A stretch of 64,000 nucleotides of DNA from Candidatus Parcubacteria bacterium (lineage in GTDB: Bacteria > Patescibacteriota > Minisyncoccia > Phycocordibacterales > PALSA-1337), in contig CAVYBN010000007.1 of NCBI GenBank assembly GCA_963766795.1, positions 54,389 to 118,388 of the forward strand. The letters run 5' to 3'. Shown here in pieces: positions 1 through 10,438 of the stretch; position 1 is the stretch's first letter, and each line of letters starts with the position of its first letter. The position numbers and the translations under genes were made by a program. The notes under the pieces were generated by a model. The model made no database searches. It had not been told where the DNA came from and saw only the letters and a list, made by a program, of their open reading frames with translations.

Positions 1-3000
1 ATATAGTCAGGACCGGCGTGCCGGCCAGGTCGGCGCTGTAGCTCATGGGTGTGCCGTTGGCGGAAGTGCCGGAGATCGGCATGTCCACCCAGGTGATCAC
101 GCCTGAATCCTGTGCGAAATTCTCATTGCCCATCTCGAAGTAAGACGCGGAGGTCGAACCGGTATTCCAGTCATATGTGAATGAGCCGTTGCCGAGGTTG
201 AAGCCGCCTTGGAATGTCGAAGTCGAGGTCGTGGCGTCGGCGTTATAGTATCCAGCCGCGATACCGCCGTTGACTCCAAGTTGAAGATACGGCGAAGTCG
301 AAGCGATGCCAAAGAGGCCGTTCGAAGTGATGGTCAAATCCGGCATGGTCGAAGTCGAATACGCGTCGCTCGAAGTGCCGAGATAGAAGTTGCCGCCTTC
401 GGAGCTGAACAGCCAGTGCTTGAGGTTGGCGCCGGCGCCGCTGTCAGTCAGAGCCAATTGACCTTGGAATGTCCCATTGGCGGAAGTCGAAGCTATTTCA
501 AGAGACCAATTCGGAGTGGTGGTGCCGATGCCGACATTGGTTCCATTGTCGTAGATTAAGCTGTTCGCGAATGTGCCGTTGGAGTTCCATTTTGGCAGAT
601 AATTGTTGGTCAATGAAGAGACTGTTGATGAGCCGAGTAGGCCAAGCGAAGAAGTGGCCGACAATGTGTAGCCGCTCAAAGCGTTGCCGAGGAGAAGCTG
701 GCCGTAGTTTGGCGTTGACGACAATCCGGTGCCGCCGGAGGAGATAGCCAGAGCTGAAGCCAGAGACAGTGAATTCGCGGACAATGTGCCGACATTTCCA
801 TTCGTGGCATAAAGATTGGTGGATGAAGCCGTAGTCGCGTAGAAGCTGGTGGTGGTGGCGGCAGTGCCGGTGGCGTTGGTGAAGGTGAAGCTATTCAAAG
901 TGGAAGAGGCGAAGACATACAAGTTCGTCGTCGAAGCAAAGGATGAGCTGATCATCGTCGTTGAAGCGTATGGGAATTGCGAAGCGACTGAAGAAGTCGC
1001 AACAAAGTTCTGTGCCACGACTTGTCCTGCCACTGAAAGCAGTGAGTACGGCGATGTGGTGCCGATGCCGACCGCGCCGTTCTGGATGCCGCCGGAGCCG
1101 TTGGACTGCGCGTAGACGGTCAACAAGGGACTGCTGGCGATAGTGGCCGTATAGCTCTCGGCTACGCCGGCCGCGGCGCTGGATAGCGGCAGATCCACCC
1201 ACGAGACCGTGCCGGCGTCGGTGTCGAAGCTCAAGTTGCCGAGCTGGAGGTTGCTGATGGAAGTCACGCCCGAACCGAACGAATATTGGAGGGCGCCGCC
1301 GCCGACATTGAGCCCGCCGGCGAATGTCGAGGTGGCCGTAGTCGAAGTGGCGTAGAAATCATTGGCCACGACTTCCCCGGCCACCGAGAGCATGTCGTAG
1401 GGCGAAGTCGTGCCGATGCCGACATTGCCGGAGAGATACGAGGTCAAAGCGTTCGGGTCGAACCAGAACTTGGCCGTGGTAGTCGAGGTGTTGCCGATAG
1501 CCAGGATGTCGCTCCCATTCAGGGAATAATTGACGATCTCGCCGGAAACCTGCGAGGTCGTGGTCGCCCACGAGCTCAAGCTTCCGCCGCCGCCGGTGCC
1601 GCAAGCCGCGACGCTGGCCGAAACCGAGCCGTCCGTGCCGACCTGGAGGCATCGGGTCGAAACGCCTGCGAGGCTTTGCAAGACAGTGCTGCCGGAAACG
1701 TTCAAGTTGGTGGTCGAAGCGGTAGTCGCCGTGATCATGGTGGTCGAAGCATAGGCTATTTGCGAAGTCGAAGAAGCGTTGAAACCGTTCTGGAACCAAG
1801 CGATGCCTGTCGTGGCTTGGTCAGTGGCGGCAAAATTGGTCGACGGCGTGAATGGATACGCGAATGTGTCATAGCCTTGCTGTGAACCCCAGTAAGCGGC
1901 GGAAGTCGTGGAGAACGCGGTGATGCCCAAGCTGGAGGTCGCCAATTGCTGCCAGCCGCCGCCCGCGTACGAACCGAGAAGGATACCGGCGGCAGTTGGA
2001 TTGCTAATGCCCGTGCCTCCGCCTGCCGCTGTTAATATTCCGGAGCTGGTGGCATTGAAGGTGAATGAACCGCCTGTGTTGGTGATATATATGCCTGTGG
2101 TGAGGCCGTTATTGGTGGCACCGGTCGTGGTGCCAAGCGTTATGTTCCCTGTCTGCGCCGTTCCGTATGTCTGGGCGATCGTGAGCGAAGTGGTGGCGGA
2201 TTGGAGACAAGTGCCGCCGATGGCGTAGCAGCCGGAGGTGATGTTGTGACCGCCGGCAAAGGTCGAGGTGGCGGTGGTGGTGCCGACGAAGTATCCGGCG
2301 ACGGCGGCATTGCCGAGAGTGGAAGTGCCTTCGACGGAGAGAGCGAAGGTGGGAGACGATGTGCCGATGCCGACATTGGCAATATTGATATAAATATTAG
2401 GTCCCCCACCCGCCAGAGACCAATAGGTCGGGTTACTGCAAGAAGTCCATAATACTCCATCTCCTAAACCAGCTCCAAGACACTTGCTAAAAGAACCTAA
2501 TGAGCCTCCGGAATCAGCCACGGAACCCGAAAGATTAAGTATGTTAGAGACAGTCAGATTGGTGGTCGAGGCATTTACAAATTGAGAGGCTTTCGTGGAG
2601 GTGGCTGTCAAGTACGCGACCGTCGGCGAAGTCGAAGAGATGAACGCGCCGGAATTATTGATGCCGAGCCAGCCTTGGCCGAAGGAGGTCTGGCCGGTGC
2701 CGCCGTACAAAACCCCAATAGATGTCGTGGCCGAGACGACGCCGGAGATCGCTTGGAGCGGTCCGGTCAGAGAGCCGATAACCACAGAACCATTGTTGTT
2801 GACTTCAAACGGCGTGGTCGTACCGTTCGAAGTCGAAGAGCTGATGGCAAACATCGGCGCGGTAGCTGACCAGTTCGGCACGCCGATCGAGAGCGCCGCC
2901 CAAGGAGTCGAGCTTCCGATTCCCACATTGGTTCCGTTGTCGAAGATCAAAGAATTGGTGAAAGTTCCATTGGAGTTCCACTTTGGCAGATAATTATTTG

Positions 3001-3215
3001 TCAGTGAAGAGACGGTTGACGAGCCGAGAAGGCCGAGCGAGCTGGTGGCGGAGAGCGCGTATCCGCTTAGAGCGTTGCCGACCAATAGTTGGCCGTAGTT
3101 CGGCGTTGATGACAATCCCGTGCCGCCACCTGCGGCAGTGAGAATGCCCGAGGTAGTTGCGGACAGAGTAAATGAGCTGCCAGTGTTAGTTATGTATATT
3201 CCAGTTGTGAGCCCG
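1..3215 (-). repeat. Degenerate tandem copies of the repeat modules of the adjacent giant surface-protein gene. Minus-strand translation is protein-like but hops between frames and has no intact ORF. This is either a decayed 3' extension or pseudogenised paralogue, or a repeat-collapse assembly artefact.
   Basis: Blocks ~541-800, ~2040-2230 and ~2940-3130 match 3845-4110 of the giant gene at nucleotide level. Minus-strand translation of 3121-3238, in the frame offset by one from the called ORF, reads TSTGATNNGLTTGIYITNTGSSF.. TGLSSTPNYGQLLVGNALSGY, which matches the internal repeats of the giant protein. The six-frame track shows only short ORFs on either strand here. Confidence 0.5.
2622..2995. 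repeat. Near-identical direct duplicate (~375 bp) of 3472-3845, at an 850 bp period
   Basis: Identical runs are seen by eye (cggtcggcgaagtcgaagagatgaacgcgccggaattattgatgccgagccagcc...). The track ORFs 2595..2993 and 3490..3843 translate identically. Confidence 0.85.
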
Positions 3216-6200
3216 TTATTGGTGGCGCCGGTCGAAGTGCCGAGCCAAATGTTGCCGATCTGGGAAGTTCCGTATGTCTGCGCGATCGTGAGCGAAGTGG
3301 TGGCGGATTGGAGACAAGTGCCACCGATCGAATAGCAACCGCCGGTCAAGTTGAGTCCGTTTGCGAAAGTTGAAGAAGCTGTGGCTGATGTGGCGTTGAA
3401 GATGGAAGCGGAGAGGCCGGCCGGCGAATGTGGAGGTGGCGGTAGTGGAAGTCGAGACGATGTAGTTCACGGTCGGCGAAGTCGAAGAGATGAACGCGCC
3501 GGAATTATTGATGCCGAGCCAGCCTTGGCCGAAGGAGGTCTGGCCGGTGCCGCCGTACAAAACCCCAATAGATGTCGTGGCCGAGACGACGCCGGAGATC
3601 GCTTGGAGCGGTCCGGTCAGAGAGCCGATAACCACAGAACCATTGTTGTTGACTTCAAACGGCGTGGTCGTACCGTTCGAAGTCGAAGAGCTGATGGCAA
3701 ACATCGGCGCGGTAGCTGACCAGTTCGGCACGCCGATCGAGAGCGCCGCCCAAGGAGTCGAGCTTCCGATTCCCACATTGGTTCCGTTGTCGAAGATCAA
3801 AGAATTGGTGAAAGTTCCATTGGAGTTCCACTTTGGCAGATAATTGTTGGTGAGGCTTGAAACCGTTGACGAGCCGAGCAGACCAAGAGAAGAAGTGGCG
3901 CTACAGTGTAATATCCACTCAAAGCGTTGCCGAGGAGAAGCTGGCCGTAGTTTGGCGTATTGAAAGACCGGTGCCGCCGCCGGCCGCAGTGAGAGATTCC
4001 CGAGGTGGTGGCGTTGAAAGCTGAAGGAGCTTCCGGTGTTGGTGATGTATATGCCAGTGGTGAGTCCGTTATTGGTGGCGCCGGTTGAGGTGCCAAGCCA
4101 GATATTCCCCGTCTGCGCCGTTCCGTATGTCTGGGCGAGCGTCATCGAGGTGGTGGCTGACAATATTCCCAAGGACGAAGTCGCGTATTGCGTGTATCCT
4201 CCGACCGCATTGCCGATCAGCAATGACGATGAAGCTATCGAAGTCAGCCCGGTGCCGCCGTAGAGGACGCCGACAGAAGTGGTGGCCGAGACGACGCCGG
4301 CGTTGGCTTGCAAGGGACCGTTCAGCGATGAAGATAGAGTCAACGAATTGGCGCTGACTGAATTCAAAGCACTGGCTCCATTCACCGTCAAGGTTCCGAT
4401 ATTGCCATTAGTCGCGTAAAGGTTAGTTGAAGAAGCTGTGGCCGCGAAGAAATCGGTGGTGGTCGCGGCCGTGCCGGTGGCGTTCACGAAGGTGAAATTC
4501 TGCAGAGTCGAAGAGCCGGTCGAGAGAAGGTTCGGAAATTTCGCCAGACCGCCCACGGTCAGAGTGCCGGTGGCCGTGATGTCCCCGGCCGTCAGGCTTC
4601 CGGAAAAATATCCGTTGCCTTCGACCGTGAGCGGCATGAAGGGCGAGGTCGTGGCGATCCCGAGAAAGCCGAGCGTGGTGTCGAACAGGCTCTGGTAGTC
4701 TCCAAAGACCACATTGCCCTGCGAACCAAGGGAGGTGGAGCTGGCAGCCAAGACGACATTGCCTGAACCATCCGGCCCATATCCTCCTTCTATGTAGACG
4801 GCCCCTCCAAATTCACTGCCTTCTTCACCAACGCCGCCACTGGCGCTTCCGGCATTCCCTCCCAAGAGAGACAGATCACCACCGCCGCCGGCGATGTTGA
4901 AGGCGGCATTGTTAGACGCGTTGCCGCCGTTGCCGCCTTGGATCGTGACCGTGCCTCCCCAGCCGCCATTATTGAAGCCACTCCCGGTAACGACATTCTC
5001 CGAACCGCCGGTGCCGCCGAGGATGTTGACCGGACCGCCTTTGCCGCCGTTGATCTGGCCCGAGCCGGCGTTGGTGCTGACCCCGCCCAAGCCGCCGTTC
5101 AAGATGATCCCGCCGCCAATGCCGGCTATCGGAAAATTGCCGAAAGTGGAATACGAAGTGTTCCCGCCGGTCGCGCCAGTGACCAAGAGCGAAGTGGTGG
5201 CATTGGTGCCGTATTGGGTCGCAACCGACGCTGGTTGCGGGTTATTGATCATCAAGCCGCCGGTCGAGCCGAATAGGTTGAGCGTGAGCGCACCCACGGA
5301 ATTGACGACGGCCGCCAGATAGTCGGTGTTGTCGTACGCGAGATCGAGCTGCGGCACGGCCGAGGAATTGTTCTGGACCGAGAGCTTGGCGTATGGGCTC
5401 GTCGTGCCGATGCCGATATTGTTGGCGTCTTTGGTGGTCGTGCCGAAGACCAGAGTGCTGGTCGAGAAGACATTCGCGCCGTTCGCGCCGTAGAAAGCGG
5501 CCTGGCCGGCCACGCCGGTCTGGACAGAGGATGCGCCGAGCAGACCCAGTGTCGTAGTCGAGACTGACGTCCAATTGGAGCCGTTCCATTGGATCAGGCC
5601 GCCGGTTCCGAGCGATGTCCCGAGGCCGGCCGGAGCGGCGATGGTGGAGGATGAATTGACGAAATAGTTGGCCGAAGTGGTCGAGAAAGCTATGATGCCC
5701 AAGGACGAGGTGGCCATCGAAGAGACCGCGCCGTTGGTTCCGAACAGGATGCCATTCAAAGACGAGGCAAGATTGGTGGCGCCGCTGACCGTGAGCGAAT
5801 TTGCGGATACCGAATTCAAGGCCGACGCTCCATTCACGGTTAATGTTCCGATATTCCCGTTAGTCGCGTAAAGGTTAGTCGAGGAAGCCGTGGCCGCGAA
5901 GAAGCTGGTGGTGGTGGCGGCCGTGCCGGTGGCGTTCGTGAAAGTGAAATTCTGCAGAGTCGAAGAGCCGCTGACAAGGAGATTGCCGAGCGTCGCCAAG
6001 CCGCTCAAGAAAGACTTCTGCGCGTTCGGGTCGAACCAGAATTTGGCCGTGGTGGTGGAAGTGTTGCCGATGGCGATGACGTCGGTCGTGTTGTTGGAAT
6101 AGTTGACCAGTTCGCCGGAGACCTGCGAGGTGGTGGTCGACCACGAGCCGGCCGCGGCGGCGGCTCCGCCGCAACCCAGAGGATTGGCCGCGACCGTGCC

Positions 6201-9014
6201 GTCGGGACCGACTTGGAGACAGCGGATGGTCAAGCCGGTGAGGGCCGAGAGGACGACATTGCCGTTGAAAGTCGCGGAGCCTCCGAAGACATTCGCGCCG
6301 TTGAAAGTCTGGTCTCCGGTGAAGGTGTTGCTGGAAGATGTCTTGGAAATGGTCGATGAGCCGTTCGCGTAGTAGTCAGCCGAAGTCGTCGAGAATGAAA
6401 GGAAGCCCAAGCTCGAAGTGCCGGTCAAAGCGTAAGTGCCGTCCGATTGGCCCATCAACAGGTTGCCGTACGAGGGAGCGCTCGAAAGGCCCGTGCCGCC
6501 GTTGCCGACGGCCAGCGTGCCAGTGGTTGAAGACAGCGGAATCGAGAGATTCAAAGACGATGTCGCGATCGAAGAAACTGCTCCATTGGTCCCGAATAGG
6601 AGGCCGTTCAGAGCGCCGATGGTCAAGGCCGTGGTCGAAGCATACGGCAGTTGCGAAGCCGCGGAAGAAGTCGCGATGAAATTCGAAGCCGTCTGGTTGC
6701 CGGCGACGAAGGAATTGCCTTCGACGGAGAACAGCGCGAATGGCGAGGTCGTGCCGACGCCGACGTTACCGTTGGAGAGGATCGAGAGCACGGTCTGCGA
6801 AGCTTGGCCGAAGAATTCGGCGATCTTGCCGGCGCCGCTCTGCAAAACATTGATAAATGTTCCTGAAGATGAAGTGGCGTTCTGCGCGTCGCTCCGCAGG
6901 AATTGCGATGAATTCAGACCACTCAAAGCCTGCGCGTTGGTTGCCTCGAAGGCCGCCGGCACCGCGCCGAGGATCTTGCGCGGCGACATCTCGCCGTCCC
7001 ATGTCGGAGTCGGAGCGTTGGCCGTGCCGCCGATGTCGACGCCCAGATACAGCGTCTGATTGAAGTTGACGCCCGTGAATGGCGTGGTCGAGCCCAGCAT
7101 CAGGCTGAAAAGCCCGCTCTTCAAGGCCGCGCCTTGGCCATTCGAGACCAGATCATCCTCGGTCCAGATCGGCGCGCCGCCGGACAGCGAGGCGTAGAGC
7201 TTGAACTCGACGTTGTACGAGCCGTCGGCGACCGTGTTGCCCGAAGCGTCCATGAGCTTGCCCTGGTAGTTGATCTCGGGATTGAAAGCGGCGTAAGCGA
7301 TGGGCGAGAACAGCTTGAAGACGAGCGCGAAGATGACGAGAGAGGCGACGACGATGGGGATCGATTGGGAACGATCGCCAACACCGCCGCTCTCTTTCGG
7401 CGACAACACTGTTCCGTCCGAGACCGCTCTGCCTGTCGGCAGAATTGCGGCTCGGTCCGGAACAGTGTTCTCGCCTGCGAGAGCGGCTGACGAAACATTC
7501 TTATCAGTATCTTCGACCATAGCTCTTTGCGCATCGAAAGCCGAGAATTTGGTCGTCTTCCAAGCTGGCGCTTCGGCAATGACAGGATCTTTTTGGATTT
7601 CGGATTTCGGATTTGTCTCGTCCGCCGGCTGGCGGATCGGATTTCGGATTTCGGATTTGTCCGATTCTTGAATCTTGAATCTTGAATCTTGAATCTTCTC
7701 TCCGTTGCCTCCCTTGCCATTCTTGCGCCGCCTCCAGACGATGATCGCGACGATGATCGCGAGCAAGATGGCCGCCAAGATCCAGAGATAATTCCCGAAC
7801 GCGAAACCGGCTGGTAGAGAATTCAGAGCCGCGGCGGTGAAGGCGTCGAGCGAGCCGGAGAGCTGCTTCAAGCCTTGATTCTGATAGTCGAGGATGCTGA
7901 CCGTCAGAGGATATGAGCCGGACCTGCCCAAAGGCCCCATGGTCGCCTCGTAGTAGCTCTTGTCGGCGTTCGGCCGCAGGAGAAAGATGAAAGCTTTGGA
8001 ATGGTCGGCCGGATCGGAGAGGCCGAGCGCGATCGTCTTCAGGATCTGCGGCACGCGGTCGTAGCGCAGGCGGACGGTCAAGTCCTCGGTGCCATTCACG
8101 GAAACGGTGCCGCCGGCTCCGACCGGGATGAGCTTGCCGTCCTGGATGAATTGGAAGTCGAGCAATGACAAGCTGGCGATCATCGGGTCGACGTGCGCGG
8201 CTTGCTGGACATTGACGAAAGGATTCGAGGAGGTGGCCGCGGCGATCTCGCCCGGAAGCGGCATGCGCGCGAATGCCAAGGCGCCGGAAGAGACTATGCC
8301 GTTCATGCCCTCCGCGAAAATGGCGTAATAGTAGGTCACGCCAGCCTTGGCCGTGGCGTCGAAGTATGACTGCTCGGTTCCTTGATATATCGTTTCTCCG
8401 TCAGATTCATTCCCGGGGAAGAACGAGCTCGAACGGATGATCCTGACTTGGATGAAACGGAAGTCGGTCGGGTTCGTCCATAAGAGAGCGATGCCGTTCA
8501 CGAGCGGGGCGGCCGTGAAGCCGGACGGGTTCGGCAAAGGCAGAGTGCCGCCGCTCGAAGAACCGCCCGCGGCTTGTTTATTATTGGCTGGCGGCGTGAC
8601 TGGCGGCACGACCGGAGCGGGCGGAACCGTTTGCTGATAGCCGGCATGTACGGTTTGATCGGCGCTCGCGGAATATCCGGTGGCGACTTCGCCGGCGGTG
8701 TCTTCCGCGCTATAGCTCGCCGACTTCGAATTTCCGCCGCCGAAGTTCACGCTCTCTTCCTGCATCGAATAATGAGGGCTCTGCATCACTTGGGCGTGGG
8801 CGAGAGGAAGAGATGAGAGATTAGAGATAAGAGATAAGAGAAAAGCAAAACTCAAAAGGGAAAAGGCAAGTATTTTGTCACCCCAGCGAAGGCTGGGGTC
8901 CAGGGTATTGCCACCGACGGAATTGGTCGAACCTTGGATTCCCGCCTTCGCGGGAATGACAATAGAAATCGCGGGAATGACAAGCTTTTGAATTATGAGT
9001 TTCGAAATCTTCAT
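3216..9014 (-). CDS. Giant repetitive Gly/Ser/Thr/Asn-rich cell-surface protein. It has a signal peptide and a ~440-aa N-terminal domain ending in a 'LPAGF'-TM-RRRK segment. A linker made of repeat-element insertions follows, then a second signal-peptide-like TM, then a long beta-rich repeat region with recurring GTGLSS.PSYGNLL.G and N(V/I)GIGTTSP..(K)L.V modules. The called C-terminal ~300 codons are out of frame.
   Basis: A 5.8 kb ORF. Translation shows hydrophobic signal-like segments at the N-terminus and again at ~residue 560 (IPIVVASLVIFALVFKLFSPIAYA). Tail-fibre or adhesin-like repeat motifs occur many times. Two segments (SFQRHHLGNLSLRPAAAPVFQYAKLRP... and the final ...RPLRFHLQRHISHSFF...RRHQ) are Arg/His-rich nonsense, typical of wrong-frame read-through in GC-rich DNA. 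Confidence 0.6.
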   Translation of the reverse strand: MKISKLIIQKLVIPAISIVIPAKAGIQGSTNSVGGNTLDPSLRWGDKILAFSLLSFAFLLSLISNLSSLPLAHAQVMQSPHYSMQEESVNFGGGNSKSASYSAEDTAGEVATGYSASADQTVHAGYQQTVPPAPVVPPVTPPANNKQAAGGSSSGGTLPLPNPSGFTAAPLVNGIALLWTNPTDFRFIQVRIIRSSSFFPGNESDGETIYQGTEQSYFDATAKAGVTYYYAIFAEGMNGIVSSGALAFARMPLPGEIAAATSSNPFVNVQQAAHVDPMIASLSLLDFQFIQDGKLIPVGAGGTVSVNGTEDLTVRLRYDRVPQILKTIALGLSDPADHSKAFIFLLRPNADKSYYEATMGPLGRSGSYPLTVSILDYQNQGLKQLSGSLDAFTAAALNSLPAGFAFGNYLWILAAILLAIIVAIIVWRRRKNGKGGNGEKIQDSRFKIQESDKSEIRNPIRQPADETNPKSEIQKDPVIAEAPAWKTTKFSAFDAQRAMVEDTDKNVSSAALAGENTVPDRAAILPTGRAVSDGTVLSPKESGGVGDRSQSIPIVVASLVIFALVFKLFSPIAYAAFNPEINYQGKLMDASGNTVADGSYNVEFKLYASLSGGAPIWTEDDLVSNGQGAALKSGLFSLMLGSTTPFTGVNFNQTLYLGVDIGGTANAPTPTWDGEMSPRKILGAVPAAFEATNAQALSGLNSSQFLRSDAQNATSSSGTFINVLQSGAGKIAEFFGQASQTVLSILSNGNVGVGTTSPFALFSVEGNSFVAGNQTASNFIATSSAASQLPYASTTALTIGALNGLLFGTNGAVSSIATSSLNLSIPLSSTTGTLAVGNGGTGLSSAPSYGNLLMGQSDGTYALTGTSSLGFLSFSTTSADYYANGSSTISKTSSSNTFTGDQTFNGANVFGGSATFNGNVVLSALTGLTIRCLQVGPDGTVAANPLGCGGAAAAAGSWSTTTSQVSGELVNYSNNTTDVIAIGNTSTTTAKFWFDPNAQKSFLSGLATLGNLLVSGSSTLQNFTFTNATGTAATTTSFFAATASSTNLYATNGNIGTLTVNGASALNSVSANSLTVSGATNLASSLNGILFGTNGAVSSMATSSLGIIAFSTTSANYFVNSSSTIAAPAGLGTSLGTGGLIQWNGSNWTSVSTTTLGLLGASSVQTGVAGQAAFYGANGANVFSTSTLVFGTTTKDANNIGIGTTSPYAKLSVQNNSSAVPQLDLAYDNTDYLAAVVNSVGALTLNLFGSTGGLMINNPQPASVATQYGTNATTSLLVTGATGGNTSYSTFGNFPIAGIGGGIILNGGLGGVSTNAGSGQINGGKGGPVNILGGTGGSENVVTGSGFNNGGWGGTVTIQGGNGGNASNNAAFNIAGGGGDLSLLGGNAGSASGGVGEEGSEFGGAVYIEGGYGPDGSGNVVLAASSTSLGSQGNVVFGDYQSLFDTTLGFLGIATTSPFMPLTVEGNGYFSGSLTAGDITATGTLTVGGLAKFPNLLSTGSSTLQNFTFVNATGTAATTTDFFAATASSTNLYATNGNIGTLTVNGASALNSVSANSLTLSSSLNGPLQANAGVVSATTSVGVLYGGTGLTSIASSSLLIGNAVGGYTQYATSSLGILSATTSMTLAQTYGTAQTGNIWLGTSTGATNNGLTTGIYITNTGSSFSFQRHHLGNLSLRPAAAPVFQYAKLRPASPRQRFEWILHCSATSSLGLLGSSTVSSLTNNYLPKWNSNGTFTNSLIFDNGTNVGIGSSTPWAALSIGVPNWSATAPMFAISSSTSNGTTTPFEVNNNGSVVIGSLTGPLQAISGVVSATTSIGVLYGGTGQTSFGQGWLGINNSGAFISSTSPTVNYIVSTSTTATSTFAGRPLRFHLQRHISHSFFNFRKRTQLDRRLLFDRWHLSPIRHHFAHDRADIRNFPDRQHLARHFDRRHQ
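8877..8981. repeat. Family-A palindromic element, inserted in frame at the 5' end of the giant gene (peptide VIPAKAGIQGSTNSVGGNTLDPSLRWGDK). It has an extra partial arm at 8971-8981.
   Basis: gtcaccccagcgaaggctggggtccag ... ttggattcccgccttcgcgggaatgac. The inverted arms match the consensus of the other copies. Confidence 0.8.
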
Positions 9015-9019
9015 AATCG

Positions 9020-10438
9020 TTAATTGACCGCGCTCGTCGAAGTCGCCTTGACCGGCACCAAGACGTACAGGAAGTCGTGCCCGGCCACCGTCCTGAAGAC
9101 CGGTTGGATCACGCCGGTGGTCCCGTCCGGATTCGGCCTTACCGTGACCGCGTCGGAGAACGAATTCTGGATGCTCTTCTCGAGCTTGACCTGATCCGAC
9201 GGCGAACCGGAGGGCGGCAGGATGACCACGCCTCCGTGCTCGGCCGTGACCTTGCCTTGTTCTCCGGGCGGGATCACCGACGAGGCGGGCGGCTCTTCCG
9301 ATCCCACGCCGACATCCGCGCTCTCGTCGACGCCGCCATTCAAAACAACCGTAGCGTTCGCATTCGCACTCGAACCGGCGCTCGAAGAAGCATTCACCGC
9401 ATCCGTGCCGCCGACCGCCAGGCTATTCGAAGGCCGGCTGGAATCATTGCTTGCGATCAGTGACAAGGCGTTCGAAGCCAAGCTGGAAGTCCCCGAGAAC
9501 ATCGAGCTCCAAGCCGAGGCTAGCGTCTCGCCGGCTCCGGCGGCGATATTCTCAATCGATTGGAGCGCGATCTGCGGCAAAGACTGGATGGCCGAAGCGG
9601 CTTCCGCGACATTGGCGGCCGAAGCATTTTCCAAAGACGAGACGCTCGAAGAAATGTCTGCGAACGTTTGAGACGGATGCAGACGGGAATTCCCCATAGC
9701 CGTCATCGCGACCAAGAAGATGACCGCCGCCAATGTCGGCGAGAGCAAAGCATACGGAGAACGGACCGCTGATGCGAATCTTTCTGTCGGAGTCGGAAGA
9801 TACGTCCACTTCCAAGCCGGCGGAGGTTCGACGGCCGGCAATTGTCGATTGATGATCGACGCCTGGGCGCGAGCATCGAGCTTGGAGATCGTGACGCGAG
9901 CGACATCGGCTAGCGTTTCGCGGATAGGGATTGAAGATTGCAGATTGAAGATTGAAGATTCACGATTGACGAATGTTTTGTCATTCCCGTGCAAACGGGA
10001 ATCCAGTGTTTTTTCTCTGATGTCAATCGTTTCACCCTGGATCCCCGCTTTCGCGGGGATGACAGAATTACTTGAAATGAGTGATTTCTGATCTTGAATT
10101 TCGGATTTCGGATTTGTCTCGGATTTCGAATTTCTGATTTCGGATTTTGTGGTCATTTCTGACATCGCAGGCTTGAGGTCAATGATCGTCGAAATTCCCT
10201 CATCAGTGAGGCCGAAAACATCCATCTTTTTGAAGATCGTTTGGTTCGGTTTTATCGACTCTTTTTTGTGACGCAAAATTGAGTTCTCGTCGACGTACCA
10301 GAAGCGTCCGACCATTCTGCAGATCAATTTTCCAGCGCGACAAAGCTGACCGACGTAGTCGTTTGAATATCCGGCTATCTCGGCAGCTCGGCGAGACGAG
10401 ATGTATTGCCTGCCTTCGATAATTAGTGAGTCGCTCAT
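9020..10438 (-). CDS. Membrane protein with an N-terminal excisionase/MerR-like HTH domain, a single TM helix (LAAVIFLVAMTAMG) and a Ser/Ala-rich extracytoplasmic tail. Its stop lies 5 bp before the giant-gene start.
   Basis: The N-terminus (RRAAEIAGYSNDYVGQLCRAGKLICRMVGRFWYV) resembles the small HTH protein at 10938..11189. Hydrophobic stretch at ~residue 225. The C-terminal 230 aa are low-complexity S/A/N-rich. The intergenic distance to 9014 is only 5 bp. Confidence 0.55.
   Translation of the reverse strand: MSDSLIIEGRQYISSRRAAEIAGYSNDYVGQLCRAGKLICRMVGRFWYVDENSILRHKKESIKPNQTIFKKMDVFGLTDEGISTIIDLKPAMSEMTTKSEIRNSKSETNPKSEIQDQKSLISSNSVIPAKAGIQGETIDIREKTLDSRLHGNDKTFVNRESSIFNLQSSIPIRETLADVARVTISKLDARAQASIINRQLPAVEPPPAWKWTYLPTPTERFASAVRSPYALLSPTLAAVIFLVAMTAMGNSRLHPSQTFADISSSVSSLENASAANVAEAASAIQSLPQIALQSIENIAAGAGETLASAWSSMFSGTSSLASNALSLIASNDSSRPSNSLAVGGTDAVNASSSAGSSANANATVVLNGGVDESADVGVGSEEPPASSVIPPGEQGKVTAEHGGVVILPPSGSPSDQVKLEKSIQNSFSDAVTVRPNPDGTTGVIQPVFRTVAGHDFLYVLVPVKATSTSAVN
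9980..10063. repeat. Family-A palindromic element, in frame in the HTH-membrane gene (VIPAKAGIQGETIDIREKTLDSRLHGNDK)
   Basis: gtcattcccgtgcaaacgggaatccag ... ctggatccccgctttcgcggggatgac. Confidence 0.85.

Noticed and set aside
2595-7059. Numerous plus-strand ORFs of 70-210 aa (e.g. 2595..2993, 3490..3843, 4894..5322, 5890..6102, 6436..7059) and the minus-strand alternative-frame ORF 7121..7720
   Set aside because: They lie antisense to, or out of frame within, the giant GC-rich repetitive gene. Their translations are Pro/Val/Ala/Arg-rich with no motifs. Duplicate ORFs simply mirror the nucleotide duplication.
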